From contig OZ244217.1 of the NCBI GenBank assembly GCA_965216935.1, positions 601,827 through 665,826 on the forward strand: a stretch of 64,000 bases of DNA, read 5' to 3'. Position 1 is the stretch's first letter, and each line of letters begins with the position of its first letter. This DNA is from Acidobacteriota bacterium. GTDB lineage: Bacteria; Acidobacteriota; UBA890. Positions 1-9,172 of this stretch are shown here, one piece after another. The translations under genes were made by a program, and so were the position numbers. The notes under the pieces were generated by a model. That model saw only the letters and a program-made list of their open reading frames with translations. It searched no databases and was not told the DNA's origin.

Positions 1-757
1 GGCGCTGTTTCGTACGTTTCCGATGTGCGAGGACCTGGTGCGGGCGAGCCGGGCTACAGCGATGCACGGGGAGTCGGCCTGCGCCTGGCTGCGTGCCCAG
101 GTCCCGGCACCCGTAGTGTCCGTTGCTCACTGGCGTTCCGTCGATGTAGACCCCGAGGCGCGCGACGTGTGGAGGGGTCGTCTCGTCGGCGAAGACGAGG
201 TGTTGATCGGGAGCTTCGGCAACATCGGTCCGGAGCGCCGCCTCGACAAGCTCCTCGCCGCCCTCGCCGAGCTTCCGAGCGGGCTCCGCTGGCGGCTGGT
301 GGTTGCCGGCAGGGTGGCGCCCGATCTCGACCTCCAGGCGCGCGCCGGCGAGCTCGGCATCGCCGAGAGGGTCACCTGGCAGGCAACGCTGAACGACGCG
401 GATTTCGTCGCCGTGATGGCGGCGACAGACGTGGCCGTCAACCTCCGCTATCCGCCGGCCCGGGCCTCCTCGGGCGTGCTGCACCAGCTGTTGCAGCTTG
501 GCGTCCCGACGGTGATCAGCGACGTCGTGCACTGGCGCGACTATCCCTCGACGATCGTCAAACGAGTTCCACCGGGGCCGGACGAGGCCGAGCACGAAGC
601 CCTGCGCAGTGCGCTGGTCGCCTGGGTTGGTAGTGCCGGCGACCGCGCCACCGCCAGCGCCGCCGCGGCGTCCTGGGCGTCGTTGAACCTGACACCGGAG
701 CGGATGCGCGACAGCTATGTCGAGGCAGTCGGAGAAGCCGTGCGGCGGGCGGTCTAG
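1..757 (+). CDS. Glycosyltransferase family 1 (GT4), C-terminal part; 5' end lies outside the window
   Basis: Translation shows a GT-B C-terminal domain pattern (VVAGRV...RYPPARASSG...LGVPTVISDV). The ORF is open to the window start. Confidence 0.6.
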   Translation, partial: ALFRTFPMCEDLVRASRATAMHGESACAWLRAQVPAPVVSVAHWRSVDVDPEARDVWRGRLVGEDEVLIGSFGNIGPERRLDKLLAALAELPSGLRWRLVVAGRVAPDLDLQARAGELGIAERVTWQATLNDADFVAVMAATDVAVNLRYPPARASSGVLHQLLQLGVPTVISDVVHWRDYPSTIVKRVPPGPDEAEHEALRSALVAWVGSAGDRATASAAAASWASLNLTPERMRDSYVEAVGEAVRRAV

Positions 758-893
758 AGCCCGTGCGGCGGACGGTCCGGAGCCCGTGCGGCGGACGGTC
801 CGGAGCCCGTGCGGCGGACGGTCCGGAGCCCGTGGGGCGGATGGTCCGGAGCCCGTGCGGTGGGTGGTCCGGAGCCAGCGCGACGGGTGCTCC
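731..893. repeat. Tandem array of about 7 copies of a 23-bp unit (GGAGCCCGTGCGGCGGACGGTCC), each carrying the palindrome TCCGGA; the last copies are degenerate
   Basis: Direct reading: perfect copies at 756-778, 779-801 and 802-824, then diverged copies at 825-847, 848-870 and 871-893. The array begins inside the last codons of the upstream GT4 gene. Confidence 0.9.
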
Positions 894-1059
894 GGAACTC
901 CCCGGGACGGGCGGCCTCGAGTGCGTCTCGCGGGCCTCTCGCGGCGCGACCTTGATGTATCATCCCTCCTGACCCGCCCGCCGAGCCCGTGGATCCCGGA
1001 TCCCGACCTACATTGCGAACAGGCCCACCGGCGCCCTTCGTACGTCCCTGATCGATTCC

Positions 1060-2388
1060 ATGAACCATATGCAAATCGCCGTGATCGGCACCGGCTACGT
1101 TGGCCTCGTGTCCGGTGCGTGCTTCGCCGACTTCGGCATCAACGTCACCTGCGCCGATATCGACGAGGGCAAGATCGCGCAGCTCGAGGCCGGCGAGATC
1201 CCGTTCTACGAGCCGGGGCTGTACGAGAAGGTGCAGGCGAACGTTGCCGCCGGCCGGCTGTCGTTCACCACGGACGTGGCCGCGGCGATCCGCGACGCCC
1301 TGGTGGTGTTCATCGCCGTGGGCACACCGGCGAATCGCGACGGCACCGCCAACCTGACCTACATCGACGCCGTCGCCTCCGAGATCGGGCGCAATCTCGA
1401 CGGCTACAAGGTGGTAGTCACCAAGAGCACGGTGCCGCCGCGGACCGGGGAACGGGTGAGAACGCTGATCGAGGCCGAGGCCGGCGCGGACGCGCGCTTC
1501 GACGTCGTCTCGAATCCGGAATTCCTGCGCGAAGGCTCGGCGATCGAGGACTTCATGCGCCCGGATCGCATTGTCGTCGGGGCGGAGTCCGAGCGGGCCA
1601 TGGAGATCATGCGCGAGCTGTACCGGCCGCTCTACCTGATCGAGACGCCGTTCATCGTCACCGACGTGGCGACGGCGGAGATGATCAAGTACACCTCGAA
1701 CGCCTTCCTGGCCGTGAAGATCTCGTTCATCAACGAGATCGCCGACGTTTGCGAGCGCGTCGGGGCTGACGTGCATCAGGTCTCGAAGGCCATGGGGCTG
1801 GACGGACGTATCTCGAGCAAGTTCCTGCACCCGGGCCCCGGCTTCGGCGGCTCCTGTTTCCCGAAGGACGTCAGCGCGCTGGTATCGACGGCCGAAGCGG
1901 TCGACTTCGAGTTCAAGATCGGCAGGGCCGCCCTCGAGGTGAACGAGCGCCAGCGTCGCCTGATGGTCGAGAAGATCAAGGCGGTCGCGGGGGACGTGGA
2001 CGGCAAGGAAATCGGTTTCTTCGGCCTCGCGTTCAAGCCGAACACCGACGACATGCGCGACAGCCCGACGATCGAGATCATCAAGGGCTTGCAGAAGGCC
2101 GGGGCACGGATTCGCGCCTACGACCCGGCGGCGATGGAAAACGCCCGACACATCTTCGACGACGTCGACTACCGTGAAGACGCCTACGCCGTTGCCGAGG
2201 GTGCCGACGTTCTGGTCGTCGCCACCGAATGGAACCAGTTCCGCAGTATCGACCTGGAGCGCATCAAGGAGAGCATGCGTGAGCCCGTGGTTGTCGACAT
2301 GCGCAACATCTACGATCCCGCCCGGATGCGAGAGCTCGGATTCACGTACGATTGCGTCGGTCGGCCGGGCGGGAACCGGACGGCCTGA
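1060..2388 (+). CDS. ugd: UDP-glucose 6-dehydrogenase (UDP-glucose/GDP-mannose dehydrogenase family)
   Basis: N-terminal Rossmann motif MQIAVIGTGYVGLVSGACFA, catalytic GGSCFPKD motif, 442 aa full length. Confidence 0.92.
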   Translation: MNHMQIAVIGTGYVGLVSGACFADFGINVTCADIDEGKIAQLEAGEIPFYEPGLYEKVQANVAAGRLSFTTDVAAAIRDALVVFIAVGTPANRDGTANLTYIDAVASEIGRNLDGYKVVVTKSTVPPRTGERVRTLIEAEAGADARFDVVSNPEFLREGSAIEDFMRPDRIVVGAESERAMEIMRELYRPLYLIETPFIVTDVATAEMIKYTSNAFLAVKISFINEIADVCERVGADVHQVSKAMGLDGRISSKFLHPGPGFGGSCFPKDVSALVSTAEAVDFEFKIGRAALEVNERQRRLMVEKIKAVAGDVDGKEIGFFGLAFKPNTDDMRDSPTIEIIKGLQKAGARIRAYDPAAMENARHIFDDVDYREDAYAVAEGADVLVVATEWNQFRSIDLERIKESMREPVVVDMRNIYDPARMRELGFTYDCVGRPGGNRTA

Positions 2389-2444
2389 GCTGTTGAACCC
2401 TGTTAACCCCTGACGGCTCGCAGCGCCGCAACCAGGAGGGCGCA

Positions 2445-4034
2445 GTGGACCGGGACGAAGTCTCCGGACGCCTCGAGAAGGTCCGCGCCGCGGTGCGCGA
2501 GCGGCTTGCCGAGCGCGAGCCCGCGGTTTTCGACGACACGGCGCGTGAAGACGTTCCGTTCCACCTGCAGCCGGGGATCGGCGTCGTCATCGGGGGCGAT
2601 CCGCAGCTCACCGTCACCGACGAGCTGACCGAGGCGAACCGTACCGCGGACGTGTTCGGCCCGCTGCCCTCGCAGGCTCCGGTCGTCGGCCCGGTGATCA
2701 ACCTGGTGCGCCGCCTCATGCGTCCGGTCGTGAAGGTCTTCTTCGGCGAGCCCTTCGGCCGGCAGCAGGAGTTCAACGCCCACGCCGTGCGCCACATGAA
2801 CGAGCTCGGCAACCGGCTCGAGCAGCGGGTTCGCCATCTCGAGGAGGCGCTGGCCGAGTGGTCCGCGAACCCCGGCGGTATCGACGCGCGCGTGCGCAAG
2901 AGTCTGAACGACTACGACGCCGCCTTGCGACAGCGACACATGACGTTGTTTTCGGCGCTCGAGGAAGACGTGCTGGTGGCGCACACGGCCGCCGAGCGGG
3001 TGCAGAAGCTCGAGGAGCTGGTTGTCGAGCGCGCCCAGGCGGTCGATCGGCGTTTCGCCGAGAAGGACGAGGTCTTCGATCGCACCGTCAGCGAGTGGCG
3101 GCGTCGCGAAGGAGCGATCGACGATGCCGTCGGGCAGGTCGGTGAGCTCATGGCGATGCGCTCGTTGCTGCGCAAGGCGCTGGAAACGGCGTCGGCCCCG
3201 GGACCGGCAACGGTTGCGGGTGCGGCAGCCGCGGCGCCACAGGCAGCGGAATCGGTTGCGGTGGCCGCAACGACGCCCCCTGCGGGCGAGCCCGATGCCT
3301 GGAGCGAGCTCGGAGAGTGGATGGGGGACGAGGACTATCGCTCGTTTCAGGATCGGTTTCGCGGCGAGCCGGAGGTCATCGCCGAGCGCATGCGGGCGCA
3401 CGTGGCGCGTTTCGAGGATGCACCCGGGGTGGTCGCCGACCTCGGCTGCGGCCGGGGCGAGTTCCTCGACCTGCTGCGCGACGCCGGCCGCGAGGCGATC
3501 GGCGTGGAGATCAACGCCGCCGACGTCGAGGAGTGCAAGCGGCGCGGACACGAGGCGTTCGTCGGCGATCTGTTCGAATGGCTCGAAGACCGGGACGACG
3601 ACGAGCTCGGCGGTATCTTCATGGCACAGGTGATCGAGCATTTGCCGCCTACCGACTGGCAGCGCTTCGTCGAGCTGGCCGCCCGCAAGCTCGCCCCCGG
3701 GGGCCGCGTCGTCGTCGAGACGATCAACCCCGAGAGCCTCTACGCGCTGGCGCGCGCGTACGTCATCGACCCGACCCATATCCGGCCCGTGCATCCGGAG
3801 CTGCTGGCGTTTCTGGCTCGCCGCGCCGGGCTGCACCCGGTAGAGGTCGAGCTGCAGTCGCCGGTCCCGGACGACGAGCGCCCGACCGGGCTGCCGTTCT
3901 TCCGGGACCCGCCCGAGGGCGACCTGGGCGAGGAGCTGGCCTCGCTGAAGGAGGCCTTGTTGCGGCTCGATCGCATCTGCTGCGCGCCACAGGAGTACAC
4001 CCTGCAGGCGACAAAACCCGCGGGATCGCGCTGA
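2445..4034 (+). CDS. Two-domain protein: N-terminal 300 aa charged and coiled-coil-like (ELTEANRTA, EELVVERAQAVDRRFAEKDE) plus a C-terminal class I SAM-dependent methyltransferase
   Basis: The C-terminal half carries the DLGCGRGEF SAM-binding motif (motif I) and the LAPGGRVVVET post-I region. The N-terminal half has no recognisable catalytic motif. The stop overlaps the next start (TGATG). Confidence 0.7.
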   Translation: MDRDEVSGRLEKVRAAVRERLAEREPAVFDDTAREDVPFHLQPGIGVVIGGDPQLTVTDELTEANRTADVFGPLPSQAPVVGPVINLVRRLMRPVVKVFFGEPFGRQQEFNAHAVRHMNELGNRLEQRVRHLEEALAEWSANPGGIDARVRKSLNDYDAALRQRHMTLFSALEEDVLVAHTAAERVQKLEELVVERAQAVDRRFAEKDEVFDRTVSEWRRREGAIDDAVGQVGELMAMRSLLRKALETASAPGPATVAGAAAAAPQAAESVAVAATTPPAGEPDAWSELGEWMGDEDYRSFQDRFRGEPEVIAERMRAHVARFEDAPGVVADLGCGRGEFLDLLRDAGREAIGVEINAADVEECKRRGHEAFVGDLFEWLEDRDDDELGGIFMAQVIEHLPPTDWQRFVELAARKLAPGGRVVVETINPESLYALARAYVIDPTHIRPVHPELLAFLARRAGLHPVEVELQSPVPDDERPTGLPFFRDPPEGDLGEELASLKEALLRLDRICCAPQEYTLQATKPAGSR

Positions 4035-5083
4035 TGCCCGGGCGCCGCATCTGTGTCGCGGCGCCGCAGGTGCCGTACCTGCGTGGGGGCGCCGAACTGC
4101 ACACCGAGCTGCTCGTGCAGGCACTGAAGGACGCCGGGCACGACGTCGAGCTGGTGACACTGCCCTACATCTGGACGAACGACGAGAGCTCGCTGGAGCA
4201 GTGTCTCGCCTGGCGCATGGTCAACCTGTCGACGGAAATCGCCGGCATCGACCTGATGGTCGCCACCAAGTTCCCGTCGTACCTGATCAAGCACCCGAAC
4301 AAGGTGGCCTGGATCTTCCACCAGCAGCGCGAGGTCTATGACCTGCACGCGACACCGTTCGGCCGCCTCTCGGCCGGAAACGGCGACCGCGGCCTGCGCC
4401 AGGCCCTGGTCGAGCTCGACCTGCAGGGGCTGGGCGAGAATCGCAACCTGTTTGCCAACAGCCGCAACACCGCCGCTCGCGTGGCCCGCTATTGCGGCCT
4501 CGAGGCGACCGCCCTGTACGCGCCGCCGAAGCTGCATGCCGACCTGCACACCGGGCCGTACGGTGACTACTTGCTGTACGTCGGCCGGCTCGACCGCATC
4601 AAGCGGATCGACCTGACCCTCGAGGCAATGGCGCGGACGCGCGGCTCGTTCGTTCTGAAGATCGCCGGCCGCGGGCCCGACCAGGAGAACTTGCAGCGTA
4701 CGGTCAACGAGCTCGGCCTCTCGAAGCGGGTGGAGTTCCTCGGTTTCGTATCCGACGAGGAGGTCGTCGATCTTTATGCCGGCTGTTTCGCCGTGGCGCT
4801 CACGCCCCACGACGAGGACTACGGATTCACCACGCTCGAGGCGTTTTTCGCCGGCAAGCCGGTGGTTACTACGGAGGACGCCGGCGGCGTGCTCGAGTGG
4901 GTGCACGACGGGGAGACCGGGTTCGTCGCCCCACCGGAACCGGCAGCGATCGCCGAGAAGCTCGACATCCTCGCCGCGGACCGGGCCCTGTGCGAGCGAC
5001 AGGGCACCGCCGGCCGCGACCGGGTGCGCGCCGAGGTGAGCTGGTCGAAGGCGATCGAAGCCCTGACCGCGACCCTGGAATAG
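4034..5083 (+). CDS. Glycosyltransferase family 1 (GT4)
   Basis: GT-B fold signatures: N-terminal ICVAAPQVPYLRGGAE and C-terminal GFTTLEAFFAGKPVV (EX7E-type region). The ATG at 4034 overlaps the upstream stop by 1 nt. The longer track ORF (3317..) is an upstream artefact. Confidence 0.85.
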   Translation: MPGRRICVAAPQVPYLRGGAELHTELLVQALKDAGHDVELVTLPYIWTNDESSLEQCLAWRMVNLSTEIAGIDLMVATKFPSYLIKHPNKVAWIFHQQREVYDLHATPFGRLSAGNGDRGLRQALVELDLQGLGENRNLFANSRNTAARVARYCGLEATALYAPPKLHADLHTGPYGDYLLYVGRLDRIKRIDLTLEAMARTRGSFVLKIAGRGPDQENLQRTVNELGLSKRVEFLGFVSDEEVVDLYAGCFAVALTPHDEDYGFTTLEAFFAGKPVVTTEDAGGVLEWVHDGETGFVAPPEPAAIAEKLDILAADRALCERQGTAGRDRVRAEVSWSKAIEALTATLE

Positions 5084-5125
5084 CCGCCGTGACGGAAGCG
5101 GAACAAACGGAGGCGAGATAGATCG

Positions 5126-6448
5126 ATGCGCATTGCCGCCGCGCTGCCCAGCCTCGAGCCGACCGCGCCGCACCGGCGCGCCCTCGACGCGATGCTCGCA
5201 CGCGTCGTCGAGGCGGGCCACGAGGTCGCGGGCTTCGCCGAGCACGACCGCACCGAGGACGCCGCACCGTTTCCCGTTTTCCACTATCTGCGCATGCCCG
5301 AGCGGCACGACGATCGCGCCTTCGACGCCGCCCTCTATCCGATTGGCCGCGACGCTTCGCCCTATCAGGGGGTGTTCGCGCTGATGCATCGCTACCCGGG
5401 CGCGGTCTGGTTTCTCGACCCCATCGTGCATCACTTCGCCGTCGGCGGGATCGCGCTGATGGACGACTGGGTCGGCTACCGCCGGCTGCTCGACGAGGCC
5501 TACGGCACCGACGGTGGAGCGCTGGCGCAGACAGTGGCGTCGAACTGGGGGACGGGGGCGTTGTTTCGTCGCTACGACCTCGTGCAGGCGATGGCAGCCG
5601 GGCAGAAGCGGGTGCTGGCGGCGTGGCCCGCGTTGGCCGACAGGCTGTCGGCGCGTCTCGAGGGGCGCGAGATCGGCGTGGTTCCGCTGGTGTCGGCGGC
5701 GTCGTCGGTGGGTCGTGCTGCCGGAGGGCCTGCCGACGGGTCTGCCACAGCGATCCGGCGCCTCACCATTATGACGGTCAACGAGTCGTTCCCGGCCAGT
5801 GCCGTGCGGGTTGCCGCAGCGGCGCTGGACGTTGCCGACGATCTCGACGTGCGCCTGTGCATGAGCGAGCCGATTCATCGCACCGAGGGAGCGCGCCTGG
5901 CCGAGCGATGGGGCATCGAAGGGCGGATCGACTGGATGCTGAACAACGTCCCGGAGCGCCTGGCGGAGGCGGCCGCGGACAGCGACATCGTCGTCTGGCT
6001 GGCCGAAGAGCTGGAAGGACGGCATCGGCTGGTGCTGCTCGATGCGATGGCCGACGGCCGGATCACGTTCGTCCCGCGAGGCGGCCTCTACGACGACCTG
6101 CCCGACGGAGCGGTGATTCGGCTCGATCTCGGCCGGACGCTGCCGTCCGTGTTCGGTGGACTGCTGGAGGCGATCACCCAGGACCATGAGCTCGCCGCCG
6201 GCCTGGTGGAACAAGCCCGCGCGTTTGCCCGGACGCGCCCGACCCCGGACGAAGCGGCCGCAATGCTGGTCGACGAGCTACGCGCTTCCGCCGCCGCCGG
6301 CCCGGTCGCGCCCCGGCCGATCTCGCGCCCGAGCTGGGAGAAGGTGGATGCGGGGGCCGCTTCCGCCGGTGTTCCCGGCGGAGCCGGCGACCCGACGCGG
6401 GATCGCGTCGCCGAGATCCTGCGCCGGCAGACCGAACCCTTCCGATGA
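5126..6448 (+). CDS. Divergent GT-B/GT4-like protein, possibly catalytically degenerate
   Basis: The N-terminus MRIAAALPS...VVEAGHEVAGFA resembles the GT4 N-domain. The C-terminal region LVLLDAMADGRITFVPRGG resembles the GT4 donor-binding region but lacks a clean EX7E motif. The stop overlaps the next gene's start (ATGA). Confidence 0.4.
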   Translation: MRIAAALPSLEPTAPHRRALDAMLARVVEAGHEVAGFAEHDRTEDAAPFPVFHYLRMPERHDDRAFDAALYPIGRDASPYQGVFALMHRYPGAVWFLDPIVHHFAVGGIALMDDWVGYRRLLDEAYGTDGGALAQTVASNWGTGALFRRYDLVQAMAAGQKRVLAAWPALADRLSARLEGREIGVVPLVSAASSVGRAAGGPADGSATAIRRLTIMTVNESFPASAVRVAAAALDVADDLDVRLCMSEPIHRTEGARLAERWGIEGRIDWMLNNVPERLAEAAADSDIVVWLAEELEGRHRLVLLDAMADGRITFVPRGGLYDDLPDGAVIRLDLGRTLPSVFGGLLEAITQDHELAAGLVEQARAFARTRPTPDEAAAMLVDELRASAAAGPVAPRPISRPSWEKVDAGAASAGVPGGAGDPTRDRVAEILRRQTEPFR

Positions 6449-9168
6449 GCGCCTTCGCCCTCGGGTTGGCCGCCATGCTGTGGCTTCCGGGCTACCTCGT
6501 TCTCCGGCTATCCGGTGAACCGGTCGTCGGCGGCGAGGCCGGGAAGCGGCGCTGGTCCATCGGCGGGACGGAGAAGCGCTTCGCCGAGGTGGCGATCTCG
6601 CTGCTCTTCTTGCTCTGGATCGGCGTCACTCTGGCGACGATCGGCGTGATGTTGCCGGCGACCCTACTCGGCGCCCTTGCCCTGCCGGCGTTGGCGGCCG
6701 CGGTCCTGTTCACCAAGCGCGAAGGTCGCCTGCCGCTGCCGTGGCGCGGCGCCACGTCGTCCGCGGCGATGTCGCCCGCAGCCCTGTCGGACGGACAACC
6801 TCGCCTCATCGGTTGGGTGGCGCTGGCCCTGGCCATCGCCGGCGGGCTGCTGTATCAGCCCCCCTTCGAACAGATCGTCGGCGGCCAGGACCCGGTGACC
6901 TACATGGTCTCGGGCATTCAGCTGGGGCGGACGGGCGCCTGGGAGTCGACCGACGAGATCGTTCGCACGATTCCCGAGCAGCAGCGGACAATTCTCCTCG
7001 GCCCGGACCTGCGGGAGAGGCTCGGGCATTGGTCATCTCGGTTCCTCGGCTGGTATCTGATGGATCCCGAGAGCGCCCGGGTCGTTCCGCAAGGGTTGCC
7101 CCTCTATCCGGTGGCGATCGCCGTCGGCTACATGGTCGCGGGGGTGGAGGGGGCGGTTCGGGTCACGCCGATCCTCGCGGTGGCCGCGGTGCTGGCGCTC
7201 TTCTTTCTCGGCAGCCGGTGGCTGGGAGTCGCTGCTGGTGCGATCGGCGCGCTCCTGTTGCTCGTCTCCCCCCCGCAGGTGTGGTTCTCGCGCTTCGCCA
7301 CGGCGGAGTCGGTAACCCAGCTGCTCTTCGTTCTCGGCCTCTACGGCCTTCTAATGCAGCGTCGTGGGGGCGGCTGGGCCTTCGGGCTGATGGCGGCGGT
7401 CGCCTTCGGGCTCTCCTGGCAGGCGCACATCTGGACGGTGTGGTTGGTGCTGCCGCTGGCCGCCATCCTGCTGTTCGATATCCGCCGCGGGCTGCTCGAT
7501 CGTACGGTTCTGCTGTCGTTCTGGGGGCCGCTGGTCGTTCTCGGGCTGCAGGCGCTCACGCTCTACTTCACCGTAACGACGGCGTATCTGCTCGGTGCCT
7601 ACAAGGTGATCCGGCAGTCGAGCTGGGCCCTCATACCGCTGATCCCCGGGGTGGTCGTCCTGTTGTTCGCGCTGTGGTACTGGGGCCGCCGGTCGGGGGC
7701 GTCGGGGTCGGGGGGAGGCTCGCAGGGCCCTGAAGGGTCCGAGCCCGGGGCGCCCCACGACCATTCCGCCGGTGCCGTCGGCTGGCCGCGCAAGGTGATC
7801 GCCGCAGGTGTGGTGATCGTGGCCGTCTACGGCTACTGGGTGCGTCCGGCGATCACCGTGGTCGCCAACCAGTGGCGGGCGGAGTCGTTCGTTCGCCTGG
7901 TGGTGGCGGTCACGCTGCCGGTCTTCTGCTTCGCCGTCGTCGGCCTCGCCATGCTTTTCCTGGACCGCCGCCGTGGGGAAGCGTCGTTCTGCGTGCTGGC
8001 GATGACCTTGGGAATCATGGTGCCGGTCCTCTACGAGCCGAACATCGTCCGCTGGATGTTGTGGGCGGTACGCCGTTACCACGCCTTCCTGCCGCTGGTG
8101 TGCCTGTTCGCCGCCGTGCCGATATGGTTCGCCGTGAGTGGCGGCGGTGCGTGGCGGGCCGCGTTCGGCCCGCCGAGAGGGACCGGAGTGGTAGAGGACG
8201 GTTCTACGGGAGGGGACGGCGGCGCCGTGGTTCCTGAGGGTCGCCCGGGCACGGTGACGGGTCCGAGGTGGGCGGTGGTGGCGGGTGTTCTGGTGGTGGC
8301 GCTCCTCGCGCTGCCCCTGGGCTCTCGGGGCTGGACGTTCCGCGGCTTCAAGCAGCCGGGCGAGAGCATCGCGCTGGTCGAGGAGATGGCCGCGAGCTTC
8401 GAGGACAACGCCGTGCTGGTCTTCGAAGCGCGCTCCGGTTGGGGAGCACTGGACTTCGCCGCCCCGCTGGCCTATTGGAAGGGCTTCGACGTCGTGCTGC
8501 TGTGGCACAAGGAGACCGACGCGGCGGTGCTGATCGACTTTGTCCGGCGCCAGGCGCAGCGCGGCCGGCCTGTCTACTTCATCACCCAGGGCTTCAACTA
8601 CTTCGTCTCCGAGCCGCGCATGGTGCCCCATCGCCGCTGGCGGTTCGCGCGTCTCCACATGCAGCAGCTGGACGGCCAGCTGCCGCGTGTCGTCATTCCC
8701 TCGAGCTTTCCGGTCTCCAGCTACCGGCTCGAGCCTTCGGGTGTGAACGGACCGCTGGACGGCATGCTGGATGTCGGCGAATGGGACGACGTCTACGTCG
8801 GCGAAGCCCTGCCGTGGGAATACTCCGGCGACATCACTGCCCGGTGGACGAAGCAGACCGGATTCTTCTGGCTCCCCGGCCTGGACGAGACGGCGACGGA
8901 GATCGTCGTCCACGCCGACACGATCCATGGGTCGGAGGCCTTCGACCGGCGGCTTCGCGCCCGTCTCGACGGTATCGATCTCGGCGAGATTCCCGTCGAG
9001 CAGCAGTGGACCGACTACGTTTTCGAGGTACCCTCCGACTGGCGTCCCGCGGCCGGCTCGGCTCCGAGGTTGGACCTGCTCATCGAGCCGCTGCAGCCCG
9101 ACGCCGTGAACGGTAACGGTGACCGGCGTGACCTGGGGGTACTGGTGAACGCGATACTGTGGCGATGA
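6445..9168 (+). CDS. Large polytopic membrane protein (about 540 aa with at least 10 predicted TM helices) plus a 360-aa C-terminal soluble domain; GT-C-like (ArnT/PMT-type) glycosyltransferase candidate
   Basis: Hydrophobic-segment pattern with a conserved acidic loop (GGQDPVTYM) after the early TM helices. It sits beside two polyprenyl-phosphate GT2 genes. Confidence 0.45.
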   Translation: MSAFALGLAAMLWLPGYLVLRLSGEPVVGGEAGKRRWSIGGTEKRFAEVAISLLFLLWIGVTLATIGVMLPATLLGALALPALAAAVLFTKREGRLPLPWRGATSSAAMSPAALSDGQPRLIGWVALALAIAGGLLYQPPFEQIVGGQDPVTYMVSGIQLGRTGAWESTDEIVRTIPEQQRTILLGPDLRERLGHWSSRFLGWYLMDPESARVVPQGLPLYPVAIAVGYMVAGVEGAVRVTPILAVAAVLALFFLGSRWLGVAAGAIGALLLLVSPPQVWFSRFATAESVTQLLFVLGLYGLLMQRRGGGWAFGLMAAVAFGLSWQAHIWTVWLVLPLAAILLFDIRRGLLDRTVLLSFWGPLVVLGLQALTLYFTVTTAYLLGAYKVIRQSSWALIPLIPGVVVLLFALWYWGRRSGASGSGGGSQGPEGSEPGAPHDHSAGAVGWPRKVIAAGVVIVAVYGYWVRPAITVVANQWRAESFVRLVVAVTLPVFCFAVVGLAMLFLDRRRGEASFCVLAMTLGIMVPVLYEPNIVRWMLWAVRRYHAFLPLVCLFAAVPIWFAVSGGGAWRAAFGPPRGTGVVEDGSTGGDGGAVVPEGRPGTVTGPRWAVVAGVLVVALLALPLGSRGWTFRGFKQPGESIALVEEMAASFEDNAVLVFEARSGWGALDFAAPLAYWKGFDVVLLWHKETDAAVLIDFVRRQAQRGRPVYFITQGFNYFVSEPRMVPHRRWRFARLHMQQLDGQLPRVVIPSSFPVSSYRLEPSGVNGPLDGMLDVGEWDDVYVGEALPWEYSGDITARWTKQTGFFWLPGLDETATEIVVHADTIHGSEAFDRRLRARLDGIDLGEIPVEQQWTDYVFEVPSDWRPAAGSAPRLDLLIEPLQPDAVNGNGDRRDLGVLVNAILWR

Positions 9169-9172
9169 CGAA

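Noticed and set aside
731-893. CRISPR array. The same question applies to the repeats at 29342-29393 and 48211-48315.
   Set aside because: The repeats are contiguous with no unique spacers. The units are 15-40 bp and degenerate. There are no cas genes in the window.
754-2151. 465-aa minus-strand ORF antisense to ugd. Similar long antisense or alternative-frame ORFs occur at 2403-4160(-), 3740-6214(-), 7351-9489(-), 9080-10249(-), 12553-13552(-), 13380-14774(-), 14809-15903(-), 18658-19809(-), 33666-36263(+), 33865-35505(-), 37253-39583(-), 39941-41158(-), 47729-49048(-), 55981-58797(+) and 59648-62215(+).
   Set aside because: They are Arg/Ala/Pro/Gly-rich with no motifs, and they overlap strongly supported genes on the other strand. 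These are typical stop-codon-poor artefacts of a 70 % GC genome.
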